From IMG/VR virus record IMGVR_UViG_3300015202_000003, positions 1 through 21,412 of that record: DNA of 21,412 nucleotides; one strand, 5' to 3'. Under the pieces are notes generated by a model that did no database searches, had not been told where the DNA came from, and saw only the letters and a program-made list of their open reading frames with translations. Both the position numbers and the translations under genes were made by a program. This document shows, piece by piece, positions 15,473 through 21,412 of this stretch; positions within the stretch are counted from its first letter, which is position 1, and each line of letters opens with the position of its first letter. This stretch comes from a virus.

Positions 15473-17566
15473 ATGTTAGAACAAGAAGAAAATTTTCCTG
15501 AAATTCCTTTAGCAATAGAGATAGAAGATAAAATAGAAGAGACTAAAGCAGAGACAGAAACTCCAAAACCTAAATTGCACGAAAAAGATAATTTTAATTT
15601 AATTCCTGAAATTACGCTCACTGAATTGCAAGAAAAAGGTATTCGTTTTTTATTAAGTAGAAAGGGTGGTATTTTAAATCTCTCAACTGGGTCAGGGAAA
15701 TGTCTCGGTTTTAATACTCCTGTTTTAATGTTTGACGGGACAGTTAAAATGTCCCAAAACATCGAGGTTGGTGATTTATTGATGGGGCCGGACTCTAAGA
15801 AAAGAACTGTTGTTTCTTTGGGTAGAGGTAGAGAAATAATGTATGAAGTAAGACCTTTTGATAAGGGTATAATTTGGAGTTGCAACGAATCTCACATTTT
15901 ATCTTTAATAAGGCCCTTGACGGGGGAAGTATCTAATGTTTCAATTGTGGATTTAAAAAAAGAGTGCGATGAAATAGAGGATCAAGTTTTTACAGGGTGG
16001 CGCTCTCCTGTTTTTGTTGAAGGACAAGAAAGAGTTTTAGGAGAAAAGAGATTTTTCAATTTTAGTTTGGTTTCTTTAGGAGAAGGGGATTATTACGGTT
16101 GGACATTAAAAGAAGACCCTTTATTCCTTTTAGGCGATTTTACTGTTACACACAACACGTTTTTGGCCGCTCATGCAGGGATTCATTTTATGGATTCTTA
16201 TGAAAATACGAGGTTCGTTTGTTTTGTTCCCGCAGAAGCCAATAAAGTATGGAGAAAAACATTTAGAGCATTAAAAGAACCTTACGTTTTATTTGAAGCT
16301 AAAGGGGTTGAAAAATTCGATTGTTCTTTTATAGAAGACGCGAGAGTTTTCATTTTTAATTTCAGCAGCATGGAAAAATTTGAAGCTGAAATAATAGAAA
16401 GACTAAAAAATTACGAGTGTATTTTTCTGGTAGATGAAGCGCACGCTTTGAGCAATTCGACTTCGAGGCAATCTCGTTCTCTGAAGTATTATAGAAAATA
16501 TGCACGTTTAACATGGCTTCTTACGGCAACAAGTGTTCGTTCTTTACCTGCTATTAGAGGTTTATTTAATTTAGTTGATTTTGTTTTACCGGGTTATTTA
16601 GGTTCTTGGTCTAAATTTAAAGACGATTTCTTAATCTGGCGCTGGAATATCATTAGAAGTTCTAATGGAAAAACAATAAAAACAGAGGAAATAATTGCTC
16701 TCAAAAACGAGAGTGTTTTAAAAGAAAAATTATCTCTTTTAATGTTTGTAGGAACTGTTAATTACAACGTAGATTTTCATTATCACACATGCTCTTTGTC
16801 GGAGGAGGAATTTTCTTATTACAGGGAAGCGGGGGCGGGACTGTTGAAAAATTTCGAGCGCAAAGAATTTGCGAGCCGCTTGCACGATTTACAAAGAGTA
16901 GTAGATAATTCGATGGATGGTTTGCCCGAATCTTTACAAAAGAAAATTTCATCTAAAGAGCGATTATTATTAAAAGTTATAGAAGAAAAGATTTTAAGTA
17001 AAAATGAAAGCGTTATACTTTTTGCGGAACATATATCTACTCTTCAAAGATTGGAGTTTATTTTAAATATTGCTAAAAATAGAGGCTTAATAAACTTTTC
17101 TCAGATTTTAAAAATTACGGGTTTAGAGAATAAGAAAGACAGGGATAAAGCGGAAGACAGTATTATTCCCGGCACAATATTGTTGGCTTCACGCGCCAGT
17201 TCTCAGTCTCGAAATCTGCAAGCAGCGTCTCATGTAGTTTTTTACGACTTGCCTTTCTCTCTTTCGGTTTTTCTTCAATCTTGTGGCAGGATCACGAGAA
17301 TAGATTCAAAACATGAAAGACAATCAATTCACATTTTTACTGCATTAGAAACAGTAGATTTTTACAAGTTGCTTTTAGTCAAAGAGAACGCCCATGTTTT
17401 TACTCAAATAATCGAGGGAAATTCAAACCTCCCCGAAGTTGCTCAGATTGACAGGACATTCATAGGAGATTTAAGAAAGCGCCTTCTTTGGGGTTTTAAA
17501 CATAAAAAAATTCTCTCTTTAAAAGAATTGAGTGAACAAGCCGCACAAAAAGATTTAAAAGATTAG
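15473..17566 (+). CDS. SNF2-family (SF2) helicase/ATPase with intein
   Basis: LTELQEKG Q-motif, STGSGK|T Walker A split by the intein, LVDEAH, LLTAT, SRNLQAASHVVFYD, QSCGRITRI. Confidence 0.9.
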   Translation: MLEQEENFPEIPLAIEIEDKIEETKAETETPKPKLHEKDNFNLIPEITLTELQEKGIRFLLSRKGGILNLSTGSGKCLGFNTPVLMFDGTVKMSQNIEVGDLLMGPDSKKRTVVSLGRGREIMYEVRPFDKGIIWSCNESHILSLIRPLTGEVSNVSIVDLKKECDEIEDQVFTGWRSPVFVEGQERVLGEKRFFNFSLVSLGEGDYYGWTLKEDPLFLLGDFTVTHNTFLAAHAGIHFMDSYENTRFVCFVPAEANKVWRKTFRALKEPYVLFEAKGVEKFDCSFIEDARVFIFNFSSMEKFEAEIIERLKNYECIFLVDEAHALSNSTSRQSRSLKYYRKYARLTWLLTATSVRSLPAIRGLFNLVDFVLPGYLGSWSKFKDDFLIWRWNIIRSSNGKTIKTEEIIALKNESVLKEKLSLLMFVGTVNYNVDFHYHTCSLSEEEFSYYREAGAGLLKNFERKEFASRLHDLQRVVDNSMDGLPESLQKKISSKERLLLKVIEEKILSKNESVILFAEHISTLQRLEFILNIAKNRGLINFSQILKITGLENKKDRDKAEDSIIPGTILLASRASSQSRNLQAASHVVFYDLPFSLSVFLQSCGRITRIDSKHERQSIHIFTALETVDFYKLLLVKENAHVFTQIIEGNSNLPEVAQIDRTFIGDLRKRLLWGFKHKKILSLKELSEQAAQKDLKD
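15701..16156 (+). other. 152-aa mini-intein (no homing endonuclease) in Walker A
   Basis: Starts CLGFNTPVLMFDG, block B CNESH, ends VTHN with +1 Thr; residues 77-228. Confidence 0.92.
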
Positions 17567-17680
17567 TTTAAATAGGACGTTTTAAAAACAACTCAATTAA
17601 AAGTTAAAGACTTTATAAAATCCCACACTTAAAAAACATCAGAAAACATAAAACCTCTTATAGTTATTAAAAACATTAAA

Positions 17681-17923
17681 ATGAATACAAAACACAATCG
17701 ATTAAAAATAGAGTTGTTAAATTACGTTAAAAATCAAGAGGGTGTATTAAAAACCAAAGAGTTGCCTGATTATTTTCTTTTAATTCAAACGAGAGATAGA
17801 CTTTATGACGTTGACATTAATTATTACGTTGTAAACGGTTATGTTGACTACGCTGAAATTTTGGGTGCTTCTGTTGTTTATTCTCACAGTTCAATGTCGG
17901 ATTATTTAGAGCATTTAAATTAG
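17681..17923 (+). CDS. Hypothetical protein
   Basis: 80-aa ORF. Confidence 0.65.
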   Translation: MNTKHNRLKIELLNYVKNQEGVLKTKELPDYFLLIQTRDRLYDVDINYYVVNGYVDYAEILGASVVYSHSSMSDYLEHLN

Positions 17924-18017
17924 AGATTAAAAAGAGCATTTTTAATCTCCAATTTTCTCATTATTATAATAAATAAAATCAAGTAAATCTTTGATATACC
18001 TCAGCGTCTTTTTCAAT

Positions 18018-18455
18018 ATGACACGAAAAGAAAAAGAGAATCCTGAACGTCCTACTCTCCAAGATTTCACAAGGGGGGATAAGATTACGTGGGAAGAGTA
18101 TCTTAACACTCTCTGTAATTTTATTAAGGAGGAGAACGGAGTTAAAGCTTATACTCTTTGTAACATCCATTACACGGTTTATAACAACCTTGTTTACATA
18201 GGATATGGCTATGGCGGAATGTCTTTAGCTTCTAAATTTATTGATAATCCTCCAGAGATGAAGAATAAAATTAAAAAGCAAGACGATGAAATTAAACGTG
18301 TTTTGAGAGAAGACATTTTTAAAAAATTTGGTTTTAAATATCGTTCTGTCAATCTTCTTTCCTACTTAAAAGAAATGAAAGAAAGCAAGTTTTCTTTAGA
18401 TTTAAGGTCTGCGAATATGCGTTCTTTGATTAAAAAAAGAACTTTAAATTTTTAG
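18018..18455 (+). CDS. Hypothetical protein
   Basis: ATG at 18018 within a frame open from 17991; TATAAT upstream. Confidence 0.75.
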   Translation: MTRKEKENPERPTLQDFTRGDKITWEEYLNTLCNFIKEENGVKAYTLCNIHYTVYNNLVYIGYGYGGMSLASKFIDNPPEMKNKIKKQDDEIKRVLREDIFKKFGFKYRSVNLLSYLKEMKESKFSLDLRSANMRSLIKKRTLNF

Positions 18456-18477
18456 TTTAAACCTTAAACATTTTAAC

Positions 18478-18816
18478 ATGGAAGAAAAACACCTTTATCT
18501 CTCTCGTTTTTATTCTGAGAAATTTATTTCTTCTTTAAATATTAGTAAAAGAAAGAAGAGATTGCTTTCTATTCGTTTTGATTCTCTTCCTCAAACTTCT
18601 ATTGTTTTTAGAGAAGACACTCAAGAACTATTAGAAAACGTAGAGTGGAGAAAAGGACAGAGAAAAATAGCTTTCAAACATTTTAAGAGTGGCGATTGTT
18701 TTTTTGCAACTTCTTCTGCATTAGCTTTAGAAGGCAGAGATTTTACGATAGGTTTTCCTTATAAAATAGTGGGGTTTATTTTCTCTCAAAAATTATATGT
18801 TTTGAGGAAAATTTAA
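18478..18816 (+). CDS. Hypothetical protein, paralog A
   Basis: Shares VxWRxGQxKI, CFF, EGxD and GFPYxxVGFI with 18899-19183. Confidence 0.8.
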   Translation: MEEKHLYLSRFYSEKFISSLNISKRKKRLLSIRFDSLPQTSIVFREDTQELLENVEWRKGQRKIAFKHFKSGDCFFATSSALALEGRDFTIGFPYKIVGFIFSQKLYVLRKI

Positions 18817-18898
18817 TTCACAAAACTGACAGTCTTTTTTACACTTCCTCTTTGTGGTTTTTTTTATAAAATTTAAAGTGGATTAAATAAAGAAAGAA

Positions 18899-19183
18899 GT
18901 GAAGCGATTTCAAACCAGACTAAGTTCTCTTCCGGTTTTACAGATTAGTTTTTCTGAAGACGATGATTTACGAGATTTGCTAAAAGAGGTTCGTTGGCGT
19001 GAGGGACAGAAAAAAATAAGGCAGAGAGATTTTTTGGAGGGCATTTGTTTTTTTTGTTCCAACTATGTTTTTTCCAAAGAGGGAATAGATCACAGTTTTG
19101 GTTTTCCTTATCGTGTTGTGGGTTTTATTCCTGAGAGAGAAATCTTTGTTTTACAAAGAATTTTCAATCGAAGTTTTATTTAG
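18899..19183 (+). CDS. Hypothetical protein, paralog B
   Basis: Colinear similarity to 18478-18816. Confidence 0.8.
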   Translation: MKRFQTRLSSLPVLQISFSEDDDLRDLLKEVRWREGQKKIRQRDFLEGICFFCSNYVFSKEGIDHSFGFPYRVVGFIPEREIFVLQRIFNRSFI

Positions 19184-19288
19184 AAATTTTTATAATTTAA
19201 ATTATAAAAGAGAGGAATCTTCGTTCTTCTCTTTTTCGTTTATAAATATGAGGTGCTTCACTTTAGTTTAAAATTTCAAGGTTTTACA

Positions 19289-19444
19289 ATGCAAGAACAA
19301 ATCAAAGAGAATGGGAGAAATAATCCCTATAAGGGTAACTCAAAAGCTATTAAAAAAATAACAAGTAAACAATTTAGACTTCAACAAAGAAGATTGTTAG
19401 AAGATGCTTATACGAAAATAAAATTTAAGGGTTGGTCTTTGTAA
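19289..19444 (+). CDS. Small basic protein
   Basis: ATG at 19289, Lys/Arg-rich, 51 aa, between two hairpin-motif copies. Confidence 0.6.
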   Translation: MQEQIKENGRNNPYKGNSKAIKKITSKQFRLQQRRLLEDAYTKIKFKGWSL

Positions 19445-19486
19445 TTTTTAAATTTACAATTTAGGTTAAATTTACAGCCGTCGTAA

Positions 19487-19520
19487 ATGAAAGGTTTTTT
19501 GTGAACAACAAACCTTTCAT
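19487..19520. terminator. Hairpin after the small basic gene
   Basis: ATGAAAGGTTT / AAACCTTTCAT. Confidence 0.45.
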
Positions 19521-19522
19521 AG

Positions 19523-19556
19523 AAAAAAGAAAAGAACGAAGATTCTTTTCTTTTTT
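19523..19556 (-). promoter_or_regulatory. CGAAGA-loop hairpin motif, perfect 14-bp stem
   Basis: AAAAAAGAAAAGAA-CGAAGA-TTCTTTTCTTTTTT. Confidence 0.6.
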
Positions 19557-19615
19557 AATTTCTCTTATAAGTCAAACCCGTCAAATTTCTTTCTTTCTCA
19601 AGCGTCTTTTAAAGC

Positions 19616-19822
19616 ATGATTAAAAATATTCAAGTTACAAAAGAGCAGTTGAAGTTGGTTTCTATTGAAGTTGGCTCTTTGATTTCCACTGAAGATGTTT
19701 TTTTTGGGATGACGGAACAAGAGGAATCTGAATGGATTCTTGAAAACGCCCCTAACTGTGAGTTTGAGTTTGGGTCTTTAGCTTTCAAGTCTGATGTTTT
19801 AGAGGGGGGGTTTAATTTGTGA
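19616..19822 (+). CDS. Small acidic hypothetical protein
   Basis: 68-aa ORF. Confidence 0.65.
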   Translation: MIKNIQVTKEQLKLVSIEVGSLISTEDVFFGMTEQEESEWILENAPNCEFEFGSLAFKSDVLEGGFNL

Positions 19823-20021
19823 ATTATTTCGTGGTTTTTTCTATAATTTGTGGGTTTTCATTTCTGGTAAACTTTTTTATAGTTGTATATAAAATTTGGA
19901 ATGAATTTGAATCTTCCAAAGCAAAAAAGAAAAGGTAGAAGAACTCCACTAAGTGAGATAAGCAAGCGTTTGATTTTTTTTAAATTTCCAAGTGTTTTGT
20001 TTAAATTTTTTTAATAGAACT

Positions 20022-20264
20022 ATGTCAAAAATAATTTTTTGGGATTCAAAAGAACTGCATCCATTAGAGGTAAAAAGACCGTGTGAGTGCGGCTGTGATT
20101 TTAGAGATGGGGATATGGGAGTTGGTTATTTAATAGGTTCTTTAGTGGTAGGAAAAGGTTTTACGGTTTGGTTGGGAACGGAAGAGCAGTATCAAAAAAT
20201 ATGTGGTTGTTTGGGGCAAGAAGTAGAACCTTCAAATAATTACGAAGATTGGGTAATTGAGTGA
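20022..20264 (+). CDS. Hypothetical protein with PCECGC motif
   Basis: ATG at 20022 in a frame open from 19992. Confidence 0.7.
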   Translation: MSKIIFWDSKELHPLEVKRPCECGCDFRDGDMGVGYLIGSLVVGKGFTVWLGTEEQYQKICGCLGQEVEPSNNYEDWVIE

Positions 20265-20476
20265 GGAGAAAGAGATAGAAATTCACTTAGAAAAAAAGAG
20301 AAAAACGAAACATTATGACACCTCCTAACATTAGGTTTAAATCAATCAATGTTAGAAGATTTAAGTTTTATTTCAGATTTTTGTGTTCCTTTAAACACTC
20401 TCATTTGGTCTTGTGATGTTCAGAGTGTTGGTTTTAACCGTCAGTGTGGTTATTACGATTTCGGAAAAATTGCTAA

Positions 20477-20821
20477 ATGAATATCAACCAAAAGAGTGTT
20501 AATATGCTTAACAACAAATATAAACTTTTTTATTCGGATAGAGGTTTTCCTTTAATTTTTACAGGCTCCTGTGTTAAAGGGAAAATAGTTTTAACAGTAG
20601 AAAACTATTTGAAGTGGTATTCTATCTATGGGGTTACAGAATCGGGAGAAGTTATAAAAATTAATGTAGAGCTGTGGGATCATAGAATCCCTCCCGATGA
20701 AGTTTCTCGTTTATCAAAAATAAACGGTTATATTTTTGATGAATGTTCTTTGGAAGTAATTATTGGTAGGTGGCATTTAGAGTCTTACGAGGAAGAGAGC
20801 GAAAAGTGGGGTTTAAATTAA
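20477..20821 (+). CDS. Hypothetical protein; the frame continues past TAA to 21301
   Basis: 114-aa ORF; 20822-21298 is stop-free in the same frame. Confidence 0.7.
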   Translation: MNINQKSVNMLNNKYKLFYSDRGFPLIFTGSCVKGKIVLTVENYLKWYSIYGVTESGEVIKINVELWDHRIPPDEVSRLSKINGYIFDECSLEVIIGRWHLESYEEESEKWGLN

Positions 20822-21301
20822 GAGGAAAGATGTGTCTTTGAAAAACGTTTCTCTCATTTAGAAAGTTACGAACAAAAAGTAGAGTCTTACGAGTTAGAGA
20901 GAAGGGAACAATTAAAAACAATTACAAATTTCATAGAAATTTGCAAATTACATCCGTATTTATTAGGTAGAGTCACAACTTCTGTTGTTGAGAATTTATT
21001 ACAAGAAACTGAAAGAGAGAAAAAGAAAATTTATAATTTAACAAATTTAGTTTCTTCATTGGTAGAGAAAATAGATTTCAACAAATTTAAAACGTCCAAA
21101 AACAAAGCGTGGCTTTATTATCTTATAGCTCAGGAAATGGGTAGAGTCATAGACTGTTTCTCTGATTTTTTTAAAGAAGCAGAAAAGAAAATGAGAGACT
21201 TAATAGAAGAAGCAAAATTGTATAAAGACGGAGATTTAGAGTCTCACATAAAATCTGAGATTTTAAAGAGTGAGAGCGTCAAGGAAGCTCTGGAAATTTA
21301 A
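20822..21301 (+). CDS. Open frame of 159 codons with no in-frame canonical start until 21059 (interrupted gene or frameshift-accessed ORF)
   Basis: EERCVFEKRFSHLESYEQK... reads directly into the 21059-21301 ORF. Confidence 0.55.
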   Translation, partial: EERCVFEKRFSHLESYEQKVESYELERREQLKTITNFIEICKLHPYLLGRVTTSVVENLLQETEREKKKIYNLTNLVSSLVEKIDFNKFKTSKNKAWLYYLIAQEMGRVIDCFSDFFKEAEKKMRDLIEEAKLYKDGDLESHIKSEILKSESVKEALEI

Positions 21302-21319
21302 TTTCTTTTATAGAAAATG

Positions 21320-21359
21320 CTAAAATAATTTTCTTCTGCTTGTCAGAGGGGTAATTCAC
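21320..21359 (+). repeat. 40-bp dispersed repeat ending TTCAC
   Basis: Identical to 15339-15378. Confidence 0.85.
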
Positions 21360-21368
21360 AAGATTTAC

Positions 21369-21412
21369 AAAAGAATTTGATTTGAAAGACTTCTGCTTTA
21401 GCAGTGGGAGTT
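21369..21412 (+). mobile_element. Second single-hairpin mini-element of the tnpB IS (reaches the window edge)
   Basis: TTAC (21365-21368), 16 nt, AAAG, then ACTTCTGC-TTTA-GCAGTGGGAGT, matching the right-end hairpin. Confidence 0.75.

Noticed and set aside
340-18170. Short antisense or nested ORFs (340-531, 1618-1809, 2264-2536, 3912-4232, 12143-12406, 15463-15885, 16758-16952, 17979-18170)
   Set aside because: They overlap better-supported + strand genes and show no recognisable motifs.
300-21301. Stop-codon reassignment as in some large phages
   Set aside because: Recognisable genes (TnpB, helicase, kinase, lysozyme) are full length in code 11 and end at expected positions with TAA or TAG.

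Overview
AT-rich (roughly 30% GC by eye) window with nearly all real genes on the + strand. It looks like an accessory region of a large or jumbo bacteriophage. Coding content: many short hypothetical genes, a ParB-like DGQHR protein, a goose-type lysozyme/SLT protein, a dNMP kinase, a DIP1984-like coiled-coil protein, a DUF2158/YodC-like protein and an SNF2-type helicase with a mini-intein in Walker A. RNA genes: tRNA-Arg(UCU), an atypical tRNA-Ile(UAU) and an orphan 5' half of tRNA-Leu. Mobile and non-coding content: (i) an IS200/IS605-family element with IS608-like ends (TTAC|...TCAA, 3035-4989) that carries an HNH endonuclease where tnpA would be plus an intact tnpB, inserted in a dead HNH gene next to the tRNA half; (ii) a second identical right end at 1-99, two ~45-50 bp single-hairpin mini-elements, and a second family of TTCAC-ending end-like repeats; (iii) a cas-less two-repeat, one-spacer CRISPR mini-array bracketed by 24-bp inverted repeats; (iv) a dispersed family of intergenic hairpins with an invariant TCTTCG/CGAAGA loop and covarying stems; (v) a ~235-nt structured candidate ncRNA with 7-nt periodic repeats downstream of the DIP1984-like gene, my best candidate for an undescribed RNA-protein system; (vi) a ~1.1-kb GC-rich horizontally acquired island. 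All family assignments come from motif recognition by eye; no database searches were run.
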